Virus record (IMG/VR): IMGVR_UViG_3300038317_000322
Location: 1 to 33,456 of that record
DNA length: 33,456 nucleotides
Strand: one strand, 5' to 3'
Origin: a virus
Taxonomy: Duplodnaviria > Caudoviricetes
Under the pieces are notes generated by a model that saw only the letters and a program-made list of their open reading frames with translations, made no database searches and was not told the origin of the DNA. Positions 9,874 to 17,709 of the stretch are shown one piece after another. A program made the translations under genes and the position numbers. Numbering within the stretch: the first letter of the stretch is position 1; every line of letters starts with the position of its first letter.

Positions 9874-10515
9874 TCTTATCCCCCCTCCTGGCCTTCACCC
9901 GTTTTTTCAGATGTTCGTGATATTCGCCCTTGCTCATAATTTCCCCGTCCACCCAGTACCCGGCCAGGTCGTTTGTCCGGACGGGATGCTTCAGCCGGCC
10001 GCAGGCGTTCATTATCCAGGCCGCGTGCTGTGCCCGTTTTTGTGACTCCAGATATTCCGAGTACCTCCAGGCATAAATGAGGTCGTCAACTTCGCCCCAG
10101 GTGAGCCGCCAGAGGTCCTCGTGAGTGAGCCGCAGGGGACCGAGAGCGATCAGCGTAAGTTCCTGTGCCGCCTTCTCCCAGTCCCCCGCCGTCAGTTTTT
10201 TCCCTTCTCCTCCGCGACCGCGTCAGGCAGCCCGAACACCCGTTTGAACGATGCGAGGAATTTAGGGACCGCCTCGCCCAGCGCATCAATGTACAGTTTC
10301 TCCTCGGAGTCGAGGAGATCTCCCACTTCGTCGAGAGTGAGGTCTCTGTTATCCCAGAGCATCCCCGCCCAGATAATGGACGTGCCGAGTTCCATGTCAC
10401 GCCCGTCGAATCCTCCGGTGAGGATGTCCGCAGGCGATTTCCCGATTTGCTCCTGGAGTGCCCTCAGTGCGTTCACGCCGTATTTCAGTTCACCGATTTT
10501 CTCTTTCACACTCAT
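9854..10515 (-). CDS. Tail assembly chaperone GT, via -1 frameshift at G GGA AAA
   Basis: The -1 frame is open from 10204 to TAG at 9854 (KLTAGDWEKAAQEL...LWRLTWGEVDDLIYAW...SGEEKD*); it is absent from the ORF track. Confidence 0.85.
10192..10515 (-). CDS. Tail assembly chaperone G
   Basis: Between tail tube and tape measure; LKYGVNALRAL motif; ends EKGKN* at the slippery site. Confidence 0.88.
   Translation of the reverse strand: MSVKEKIGELKYGVNALRALQEQIGKSPADILTGGFDGRDMELGTSIIWAGMLWDNRDLTLDEVGDLLDSEEKLYIDALGEAVPKFLASFKRVFGLPDAVAEEKGKN
10198..10204 (-). other. -1 ribosomal frameshift heptamer GGGAAAA
   Basis: AAG GGA AAA AAC TGA at the chaperone 3' end, analogous to lambda G/GT GGGAAAG. 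Confidence 0.85.
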
Positions 10516-11189
10516 GCCGGGTTCAACTCCAATTCCCCGTCTCCCTGGACGGAAATCGATACACCAACCGCGTCCTCGGTTGCGCCCGAAGGCGACCAGT
10601 TTGTGATATGGCCTGTCCCTACGTACTCCGCCAGTTCGTCGCGGAGTTCCACCGCCGGATCTGTCGCCCCGATGAGGGATGCGCTTCCGAGGGTGAGTTC
10701 CGCCTCCACCCCGGTGGGGAATGAAATGACAAAATCCGCTCCGTTCGCCACCACGAGGATTCCGGTGTCGTCGTAGGCTGTCCGGAGTGCGGTCTGTATG
10801 GCGGCCGCAGTGGCGTTGTACGGAAGAGCATCTGTTATGATCGTGTCCCCGTCGCCCAGGGTGAACGTACCGCCGCTGGCCCCGCCCAGGTCGAGGTCGT
10901 AGATTTCGTCCGCGCCAAAGGGTAGGAACGTAAATTCCATGGGGGTGCCCTCAAGCGCCCGCGCGACCAATTCCTCCTGCCCGTCGTCCGTAGGGTCGTA
11001 GAACAGGTCCATGGTGCCCGACCAGCCCGCCTGCCCCACGAGGAAATTTTTCCAGGTCGTGGAGAGCGTTGACACATCGATGGTCCCGAGGGCAGTCTCA
11101 ATCGAGAATGACCGAACCTCCCCCACAGGCACCGCCACCCCGGCGACATCGAGCCTGACGATGGCCTTTTTTGCCGCTATTGCGCTCAT
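10512..11189 (-). CDS. Tail tube protein paralog with ~90-aa inserted domain
   Basis: Aligns with 11202..11618 at both ends; insertion includes GASGGTFTLG...LPYNATAAAIQTAL. Confidence 0.8.
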   Translation of the reverse strand: MSAIAAKKAIVRLDVAGVAVPVGEVRSFSIETALGTIDVSTLSTTWKNFLVGQAGWSGTMDLFYDPTDDGQEELVARALEGTPMEFTFLPFGADEIYDLDLGGASGGTFTLGDGDTIITDALPYNATAAAIQTALRTAYDDTGILVVANGADFVISFPTGVEAELTLGSASLIGATDPAVELRDELAEYVGTGHITNWSPSGATEDAVGVSISVQGDGELELNPA

Positions 11190-11201
11190 GCCGTCACCAC
11201 C

Positions 11202-11618
11202 CTAAGAGGCGTTGGCGTTCAGCGCAAGCTCGCCTGTGCCCTGGTAGGAAATGCTCAGTCCCACCGCGTCTTCCGTCGCGCCGGAGATGCCCATGGACGT
11301 GATGTACGCCGTGCCCACAAGCTCCGTTTTTCCCTCTCCGGCCCCAAGGGGCTGCACCGTGAGAGTGCAGAGCGTCCCGGCCCGCGCCTTGCTCACCAGG
11401 TCCGCCTGCGCTGCGTCCGTCGGGTCGTAAAAACACTCCAGGGTTCCCGACCAGCTAGACTGCCCCACAAGGTAGTTTTTCCACGTGGTGCTGAGTACAG
11501 ACGCGTCGATGGTTCCCAGCGCTGTTTCAATGCTGTAACTCCGGACCTCCCCCAGCGCCGTGGCAGTCTCGCCCACCGTCAATTTCAGAACGCTATATTT
11601 CGCAGCAGTTGCGCTCAT
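11202..11618 (-). CDS. Major tail tube protein
   Basis: GEVRSYSIET...WKNYLVGQSSWSG...YQGTGEL; SD GAGGAGG; follows the tail terminator gene. Confidence 0.85.
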   Translation of the reverse strand: MSATAAKYSVLKLTVGETATALGEVRSYSIETALGTIDASVLSTTWKNYLVGQSSWSGTLECFYDPTDAAQADLVSKARAGTLCTLTVQPLGAGEGKTELVGTAYITSMGISGATEDAVGLSISYQGTGELALNANAS

Positions 11619-11632
11619 TCGATTACCTCCTC

Positions 11633-11660
11633 AAAAAAAGGCCCCTCGCATGGAGGGGCT
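11633..11660 (-). terminator. Intrinsic terminator upstream of tail tube gene
   Basis: Minus strand AGCCCCTC-CATGC-GAGGGGCC-TTTTTTT. Confidence 0.75.
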
Positions 11661-12013
11661 TATCTATCGTATCCCTTGATTGTCAGTACGCCGTGATACC
11701 AGCCGGACGGGTCTTTCAGCACTGTTAGCTCCTCGTAGAACCACTCGGACGGGAGTGCCGCCCGCACAAGGTCGGCGATTTGCAGCACCTCTTTCCTGCC
11801 CTGGTAGCTGCTCCAGATGTCCAGGTCGTAGTACCAATTCCGCTCCGTCTCGTTGATAATCCTGCCCCGGAGGGACTGCTGATATCCGAGGGCGATGTAT
11901 GGACCGTCCGTCCCTTCCGGAACCACGTCATAGACACCTGTGATTTTCGCCATGAGAGCCGTATTCCCGGTCAGGGCGGTATAGACTGCCTGCCCCACCG
12001 TTAGATGACTCAT
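11660..12013 (-). CDS. Tail completion/terminator protein (DUF3168-like)
   Basis: AVYTALT...GVYDVVP...PYIALG, DIWS..GRKE, YHGV motifs. Confidence 0.85.
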   Translation of the reverse strand: MSHLTVGQAVYTALTGNTALMAKITGVYDVVPEGTDGPYIALGYQQSLRGRIINETERNWYYDLDIWSSYQGRKEVLQIADLVRAALPSEWFYEELTVLKDPSGWYHGVLTIKGYDR

Positions 12014-12408
12014 CCCTCCACCCCCTTGCGCAACGCCTCATACATCACGGCGGTCAGCCTCGCCTCCGTTTCCTGCTCGTGGGCGCGGCCGGAGGGGTAC
12101 AGAAAAGGACGGGCGGGTTTTTTCTTCGTCGAGTGCTCGACGAAGTGAGCGTAATAAACGTCTACCCCACCAGATTTACCTCCTGCTGACACAGAAGCAT
12201 CGAGGGTTTTCTTTGACACCCATGGTCTGATGGTTCTTCTCAATGCCCCGGTGTCAACAGGAACTCTCCGGCGTGCATCATCGGCAATTTTGTCCGCCAT
12301 TTCCTTCAGTACCTTACGTGCGTCCTCTTGAACATCAATACGCGCTTTCCGAAGGTCGCGGATAAGTTCATTAGTCCCCTCAACTCTGATATTTATTGGA
12401 TGGCTCAT
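12010..12408 (-). CDS. HK97 gp10-like tail component
   Basis: VPVDTGALRRTI, YYAHFVE, PARPFLYP; ATG at 12408 overlaps the upstream stop. Confidence 0.9.
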   Translation of the reverse strand: MSHPINIRVEGTNELIRDLRKARIDVQEDARKVLKEMADKIADDARRRVPVDTGALRRTIRPWVSKKTLDASVSAGGKSGGVDVYYAHFVEHSTKKKPARPFLYPSGRAHEQETEARLTAVMYEALRKGVEG

Positions 12409-12731
12409 GGCAGTTCCACCTGGCAGTCGAGGTCCAGCCACTCGCGCCCTTCCGGACGGATCGCCTTGACGATGAGCCGGAACGTCCTCCAGAGCACCAC
12501 GTCATTTATCTGCACGGTCATGGTGGTGGCGGACTGCCGTATCCGGACAATGTGCGTCCGGATCTCCGCGTCCGCCCCTGCGAGTATTCCGTCACGGGAA
12601 GCCGGTACCCTGACCCCCGCCCAGACGGTGGCGACCGCCGTATCTTTTACCGTCCAGCCGCCCATTCCGTCCGTTGTGCGCTTCTCCCGCTTGATGTCGA
12701 TACGGTCGCAGAGTTCCCCTATCCGGCTCAT
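12405..12731 (-). CDS. Head closure / head-tail adaptor
   Basis: IGEL.DRI.I, DGMGG, ATVWA motifs; ATG at 12731 overlaps the upstream stop. Confidence 0.88.
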   Translation of the reverse strand: MSRIGELCDRIDIKREKRTTDGMGGWTVKDTAVATVWAGVRVPASRDGILAGADAEIRTHIVRIRQSATTMTVQINDVVLWRTFRLIVKAIRPEGREWLDLDCQVELP

Positions 12732-13357
12732 ACCGTCGCCTCCCGGTACGGGGCGAGCAACTGTTTCACGCCCCACGGGATGGTCTGTATGGCGTATTTC
12801 GTGTCGGCGGCCGCTTCCCGCTGTTCGTACCATTCTCCGATCAGCAGGAGCATGGCCTGTTTTATCGCCTGTGGTATGTTCGCGTCGTAGTCCGTTTCCT
12901 CCGTATCAGGGTCGCCCTCCTCCTCGCCGGGAATGACCGTGACCACAGGCTCATACCCGGTGGTATAGGTAATTTCGATGGCACCCGGTCCACGGAGCCG
13001 CGCTGTCGGCCAGGATTCAAACGGCTCGAGGCAGAGTTCACCACCGGGCGAGAGGTAATAGAGGTCAGTGCTCACGGTATGCTCTGCACCATCGCTGTCC
13101 GTGTATTTCACGGACTCGATTGACTGCACCGGGCCGCAGGGGAGACGGAAGGGGTCGTATGGCCACGAGGAGAGGTAGACGACCCGGGTCTGCTCTACGA
13201 GACTTCCGACGAGATAGTTTTCCACGTGCTCCCGGGCCGCAACGATCAAGGCGGTGATGAGGGTGTCATCTGATGTGTGGTCTACGCGGAGATGGAGCTT
13301 CACCTCCGCAGTCGAGAGAGGTTCAGCCGCCGGAGGGGTAATTACTTTCAGCTCCAT
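12728..13357 (-). CDS. Head-tail connector (gp6-like, long form)
   Basis: EPLSTAEVKLHLRVD...LIVAARE, IPQAIKQAMLLLIGEWYEQRE, LLAPYR. Confidence 0.92.
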   Translation of the reverse strand: MELKVITPPAAEPLSTAEVKLHLRVDHTSDDTLITALIVAAREHVENYLVGSLVEQTRVVYLSSWPYDPFRLPCGPVQSIESVKYTDSDGAEHTVSTDLYYLSPGGELCLEPFESWPTARLRGPGAIEITYTTGYEPVVTVIPGEEEGDPDTEETDYDANIPQAIKQAMLLLIGEWYEQREAAADTKYAIQTIPWGVKQLLAPYREATV

Positions 13358-13368
13358 CGGTTGTCACC

Positions 13369-13605
13369 TCACTTTTTCCGGGGCTTTGCTTTTGCCTTGA
13401 CGGCTTTCTCCGCAGGAGGTTCCACTGCAGCCGTTTCCACCACCGGAGCCACCACAGGCGGCGGTGCAGGTTTCGCCTTTTCGATAGCCACGGCGTAGCC
13501 TCCGGATACCAGCCCGGCAGCCACATTGAGAGGCAGGTCAATTTCAACACCTGCATCGGCCTTCCAGTCAGGGCCGGCGGCGCGTGTCAGCATTTTCACT
13601 CTCAC
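13369..13605 (-). CDS. Small phage head-region protein
   Basis: MRVKML...A..LV..GYA followed by an Ala/Pro/Lys-rich tail, a common gene type before the connector. Confidence 0.65.
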   Translation of the reverse strand: MRVKMLTRAAGPDWKADAGVEIDLPLNVAAGLVSGGYAVAIEKAKPAPPPVVAPVVETAAVEPPAEKAVKAKAKPRKK

Positions 13606-13973
13606 AACACCACCCCCTCGATGATAAATTCAAACGTCCCGGCCCCGGCGTTGCCGCCGTTGGCCACGGTGATTTTGATCCGTTCGTCACAGACCGGGAT
13701 CGGGGCGTAGGAACCATCCACGTCCGTGCCCGTGTTGTCTTGCGCCTTCACCATCGGATAAATAACGGCGCTCGCCGCAAGGTCGTCCTTGTCCCAGACA
13801 ACCACCGCGCCTTTGTCCGTCACGATGTCGATGTCCGATCCTACGTCCAGCCCGCCGCTAGTTGGTTTGATGTACCGCACGGAGCGTACCATCCCGTTTA
13901 ACGCCGGAGTGTAGACCGTCGCCGCGCCCTCTGCGTTCGTGAGGACGGGAACGGATACCCGTGTCAGTCTCAT
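13602..13973 (-). CDS. Hypothetical virion protein
   Basis: 123 aa, beta-rich, with SD, in the head operon. Confidence 0.65.
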   Translation of the reverse strand: MRLTRVSVPVLTNAEGAATVYTPALNGMVRSVRYIKPTSGGLDVGSDIDIVTDKGAVVVWDKDDLAASAVIYPMVKAQDNTGTDVDGSYAPIPVCDERIKITVANGGNAGAGTFEFIIEGVVL

Positions 13974-13985
13974 ACCGTCACCCCC

Positions 13986-14186
13986 CTACTCGGAGGCGAG
14001 GATACCGACACCCTCAAGAGCTGCGAGTATGGCATTCACCGCCGTAACTATTGCGGGCCCATCTGCCGCTTCTGCGAGATCTGCGATGTTACTCGCCTGT
14101 GTCCCGGCTGCGGTTATCTTCCCGCCAGCATTGACCACCAGCTCGTCACCGCCTTGTTTCATGTACACTTTAGCGTTGTAGCTCAT
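13986..14186 (-). CDS. Hypothetical virion protein (head fibre-like)
   Basis: SD AAGGAG; ends VNAILAALEGVGIL, resembling head-fibre C-termini. Confidence 0.6.
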   Translation of the reverse strand: MSYNAKVYMKQGGDELVVNAGGKITAAGTQASNIADLAEAADGPAIVTAVNAILAALEGVGILASE

Positions 14187-14211
14187 GCGTTCATCTCCTT
14201 AATCAGAATGT

Positions 14212-14238
14212 AAAAAAGAGGGGCTTTAAGCCCCTCTT
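14212..14238 (-). terminator. Intrinsic terminator after capsid and next gene
   Basis: Minus strand AAGAGGGGCT-TAA-AGCCCCTCTT-TTTT. Confidence 0.8.
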
Positions 14239-14239
14239 C

Positions 14240-14656
14240 TCATGCCGTGCCCGCGATGGGCGAAACGTGCGTTTCCTCGTCGAGATCAGTGGCCGCCGAA
14301 GTTATCGGGGCGGCACGGGATTTGAACAGGATAGCCCACACCGGCCCCGTCGCGGTCGCAACTCCGCGCGTGATTTTCGCGGCTACATACCGTTTCAGCG
14401 GGCGAACGAGCCCAACCTTGAAATACGTCTTGTTGCTGGCCGCCTTCGTTCCGGCGAGGTCCGCCAGGGTCGCGCCGTTGCTGGCGCTGTCTTCCTGGAG
14501 ATTTACAAAATTGCCCGCGTTTTTTGTGGTGATAGAGCCGAGAAAAACAACCTCCCGGTATCCGGCCATGTCCACCACGTCCGTGGTTATGGCAGCGGTA
14601 CCGGAGTCCTGCGCGGCCTTGACCATCATCACCTTGCAATTTTCAGAGAGGTTCAC
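14240..14656 (-). CDS. Putative capsid decoration protein
   Basis: Directly after the capsid gene and before a terminator; VDMAGY, LQED, KRYV beta-sandwich-like pattern. Confidence 0.6.
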   Translation of the reverse strand: MNLSENCKVMMVKAAQDSGTAAITTDVVDMAGYREVVFLGSITTKNAGNFVNLQEDSASNGATLADLAGTKAASNKTYFKVGLVRPLKRYVAAKITRGVATATGPVWAILFKSRAAPITSAATDLDEETHVSPIAGTA

Positions 14657-14671
14657 TCAAGGCACCCCCTT

Positions 14672-15859
14672 CTATCCGAGCTTGACGCGGACAAACGACT
14701 CGGCGAGGACAGGGGCTCCGTCGGCGTACATTCTGCCAATGAAGCCGATCTGGGAGGTTCCCGCGTAAAGTTCGACGAGCCGCTGCAGTTCCACGCCCTG
14801 GAGCTCTGCTATCCAGTAGTTCGACCAGTTGCAGAGCGCGCCGACGTACAGGCCGGTGGTCCATGTGGTGGGAACGTATTCAGACTCATCAACGGGCAGC
14901 CCCATGAGGATGTCCGGCTCGCCCACGGTAATGCCGGGCCGCCAGAGGTACTGTCCTTCGCCGTCCTTCAGTTTGCTGATTTTCTTCACACCGTCGCGGT
15001 GGAAGATCCACCGGGCGGAGCCGCGGTACTGCGCCTTGAGCGCGTATTTCGCCTCGGTGAGTCCGTCGGCGGTAACAGCCGTATCACTGTTGCCGGTGCT
15101 CACGTCCCGGTCCGTGTTGATGCCGTTTGCGTCGGCGGTGAAAATCCCAAGGGGTTCTCCGTCGCCGTCGCCGTTGAGGAACGCGTTTTCCTGTGCAACG
15201 GCGAATTTGTACGCCAGGCGGTCCGCGACAAGGTTTTCAATCGGCAGTGCGCTGGTCCGAAGCAGTTTCATGGAAATTTTGATCAGCTTGGAGAGCTGTT
15301 CGGGCTGCAAGCTGCGCCGTCCGAAGGCCATGGTGCTGTCCTCGGAGGGAGCGGCTATTTCCGTGGTCCACGTGGGATCGGCAGGGTCAGCCGTAAGCGT
15401 CGGAACACCAAGGGTATCGCTGCCGGTCACGGGCAGGACGGTGGCGTACTGACGGACAAATACCCGGTTATCCAGCCCCTTGATGAGCCGTGCCACGAAC
15501 TGCTCGGCGGCGTGGAGAAACCCTCCGGACGCGTCGCTGTCGTTGGCCAGAGCGCGATATTCGGCCGCGTTGCCGTTGATGAGGAAGCTCCGGAATGCCT
15601 GAAGTTTCCTTTCTTCAGGATTCTCTTTCTTACCCTCGGGTTCCAGCCGTCCGGCCTCTGCGAGCCGCCTTTCCTCTTCACGGAGTTCCTGCTCCCGCTG
15701 GATTTTGTCTCCGAGCTTCCGGGCCTCGTCAAACGCCTTATCGTACTGTGCCCTCTCCTCGGCGCTCAGTTCCCGCTTTTCAGCCTCTGCCGTGTCCAGG
15801 AGCTTACGGGCCTCTGCTACCATCGTTGCGCGTGCTTCCATCATTTCCCTGATATTCAT
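14672..15859 (-). CDS. Major capsid protein, HK97 family
   Basis: Coiled-coil delta domain, GGFL, ENAFLNGDGDGEPLGI, LKDGEGQYLW; ATG at 15859 with GGAGG SD. Confidence 0.97.
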   Translation of the reverse strand: MNIREMMEARATMVAEARKLLDTAEAEKRELSAEERAQYDKAFDEARKLGDKIQREQELREEERRLAEAGRLEPEGKKENPEERKLQAFRSFLINGNAAEYRALANDSDASGGFLHAAEQFVARLIKGLDNRVFVRQYATVLPVTGSDTLGVPTLTADPADPTWTTEIAAPSEDSTMAFGRRSLQPEQLSKLIKISMKLLRTSALPIENLVADRLAYKFAVAQENAFLNGDGDGEPLGIFTADANGINTDRDVSTGNSDTAVTADGLTEAKYALKAQYRGSARWIFHRDGVKKISKLKDGEGQYLWRPGITVGEPDILMGLPVDESEYVPTTWTTGLYVGALCNWSNYWIAELQGVELQRLVELYAGTSQIGFIGRMYADGAPVLAESFVRVKLG

Positions 15860-15860
15860 T

Positions 15861-16442
15861 TCAAACCTCCAACAGTCGGATTTTTTCCCGGAGATATTCC
15901 GGGGCTTTTGGTGCCGGTTCTTTTTTATGCTCCTTCGCCACGTCGCCAAGGCTCCGTACCCCGCTGGTGGCCGTGGGGTACGCCGGATACGTAACAGGTG
16001 AAACGTCATACAGTTCCCGGACCTTAACGATGGTCCTGACTACAGGGTTCCCAGACTCGTCCCATTGCTCCACGTCCACCGTGAAGGCGAAGCTCGACTG
16101 ATCAACGTCCCCGCGCTTGATGCTCTCCACCAAGTCCCGCGCCCACTGCGCGTCCGGCGGTGTGACCTCATAAAAAAGCCCCTGCTCGTCCTCGCGGATC
16201 TGCAGGGTGCCGTTTTTTGTGCGTCCTAAAACGTAGTTCGGATCGTGGTTCCACAAGGCTCTTACGTCGCTTTTCCCGATGGCCTCAGTAAATGCGCCTT
16301 GGGCGATTTTTTCCCGCATGCCCCACATTTCTTCCGAGAGCTCGTTGAACCGCGCCGCGTAGCCAATGATTTTCAGCGGCTCATTCTCCGCCTGCTGTAT
16401 CCGGAACTCCGCCGGGATCGCTCGTATTTCCCTGCTGTCCAT
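15861..16442 (-). CDS. HK97-family prohead protease
   Basis: GYAARFN, LWNHD, RGDVDQSSFAF, LYDVSPVTYPAY. Confidence 0.96.
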   Translation of the reverse strand: MDSREIRAIPAEFRIQQAENEPLKIIGYAARFNELSEEMWGMREKIAQGAFTEAIGKSDVRALWNHDPNYVLGRTKNGTLQIREDEQGLFYEVTPPDAQWARDLVESIKRGDVDQSSFAFTVDVEQWDESGNPVVRTIVKVRELYDVSPVTYPAYPTATSGVRSLGDVAKEHKKEPAPKAPEYLREKIRLLEV

Positions 16443-17679
16443 CCTCTGCCTCCTTTCCCGCCTGCGAGATGGGTATCATTTGCATCTGCAGGTAGTGTTC
16501 ATCGCCGCCTTCGACCGGATTAAGATTCTCCAGTGACCGGACCTCGTTGATGCTCATCCAACCGCTGCGGATGGCGACCTCGTATGCATCATAACGTGAT
16601 TTCACGTCGCCCTTTAACATGCCTTCCGGCTTGAACTCTGCAAAATACCTCTTGCGCTCCCCCGGAGATAAGAGCTGCAGGGATATAGCCTGTTCAATCC
16701 TTTTGAGCCATGGCGAGAGACTGAATTTCACGAAGTCGATACTCTGGTGTTCGATGTTGCTGAACGTCGCCTTGTCCAGGTCGCCGATCATGTGCAGAGG
16801 CACACGGAAGATCCCGGCGATCTCTGAGCGGTTGAATTTTCTCGTTTCGAGAAGTTGCGCGTCCTCGGGATTGATCGTCAGCGGTTTGAATTTCAGACCG
16901 TTTTCAAGGATGGCCACCCGGTGGGCGTTGTCCGTGCCTTGATACAGGTCGTTCCACGACTTTCTGAGACGTTCGACGGCTGACGGGTCTTTGAAAAACG
17001 CGTCCGTCTCCAGTACACCCCTCGGTGTCGCGTCATTGTCGAAAAATCTCCCGGCGTACTCGCTCGCCGCTATCCCCTGCCCGATGGCCTCCGCCGCCAC
17101 CTTCACCACGGAATGACCCCGAAGGCCGTCGAAGCCCAGACCCGGGATGTGGAACAGTTCTCCCCACAGGAACGTCCGGCTGGTGCCGTCCTTCATCGCC
17201 ACGTCATATACGAGTTCTCCTGTGGTGAGGACCTTCCTGGGTGTGACCGTGGATGGATCGAGGAACCAGAGCGCTGCCACCCGTCCGGCGTTGTCAAGGT
17301 CGATGAGGGCATATGCGTTCCCCCACAAGGCGAGTGATGCGGTGACGGCCTCCCAGAACGAAAACGCTGTCTGCCGAGGGTTCGGGGCACCGTGCAGGAG
17401 TGGATAAAGATAATGGTCGGCAGCCTCCTGCCGTTCATCGCCTTTGCGCCGGTAGATTTTGAGCGGCAGTTGCGCTACTGACTCCGAGAGAACGCGTACG
17501 CAGGAGTAGACTGCTGAGAACCTCATGGCTTTTTCTTCGTCCACCACGGCATCTCCTGTCTCCCCCGTCAAAATGCGAATTATTTCGGTCTCGGAGGGGT
17601 GAACTGACAAGCTCATTCCCCGCCGGAAAGCGTCCAAAAAACGCGAAAAAAATGGTTTTTTCAGCTCTTTCACCTCCAT
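16381..17679 (-). CDS. Portal protein, HK97 family
   Basis: AVYSCVRVLSESVAQLP, LWGNAY, EIAGIFRVP, TFSNIE, NEVRSLENL. Confidence 0.97.
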   Translation of the reverse strand: MEVKELKKPFFSRFLDAFRRGMSLSVHPSETEIIRILTGETGDAVVDEEKAMRFSAVYSCVRVLSESVAQLPLKIYRRKGDERQEAADHYLYPLLHGAPNPRQTAFSFWEAVTASLALWGNAYALIDLDNAGRVAALWFLDPSTVTPRKVLTTGELVYDVAMKDGTSRTFLWGELFHIPGLGFDGLRGHSVVKVAAEAIGQGIAASEYAGRFFDNDATPRGVLETDAFFKDPSAVERLRKSWNDLYQGTDNAHRVAILENGLKFKPLTINPEDAQLLETRKFNRSEIAGIFRVPLHMIGDLDKATFSNIEHQSIDFVKFSLSPWLKRIEQAISLQLLSPGERKRYFAEFKPEGMLKGDVKSRYDAYEVAIRSGWMSINEVRSLENLNPVEGGDEHYLQMQMIPISQAGKEAEDGQQGNTSDPGGVPDTAGGE

Positions 17680-17688
17680 CCGGGCATT

Positions 17689-17709
17689 AAAAAAGACCCT
17701 TTCGGGCCT
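17689..17709 (-). terminator. Intrinsic terminator after terL
   Basis: Minus strand AGGCCC-GAAA-GGGTCT-TTTTT. Confidence 0.65.

Noticed and set aside
8897-10045. 382-aa + strand ORF
   Set aside because: Antisense shadow of the GC-rich tape measure gene; no motifs.
10086-10400. 104-aa alternative-frame ORF as the GT extension
   Set aside because: It is the +1 frame and closes soon after the slippery site; the -1 frame fits the heptamer and reaches the tape measure.
14267-15994. 575-aa + strand ORF
   Set aside because: Antisense shadow of the capsid gene; no recognisable family.
15860-16009. N-terminal extension of the capsid ORF, and similar extensions of gp10-like, adaptor, K-like, HNH, dut and cI ORFs
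   Set aside because: They overlap upstream genes or regulatory DNA; downstream starts have SDs or stop/start overlaps and match family N-termini.
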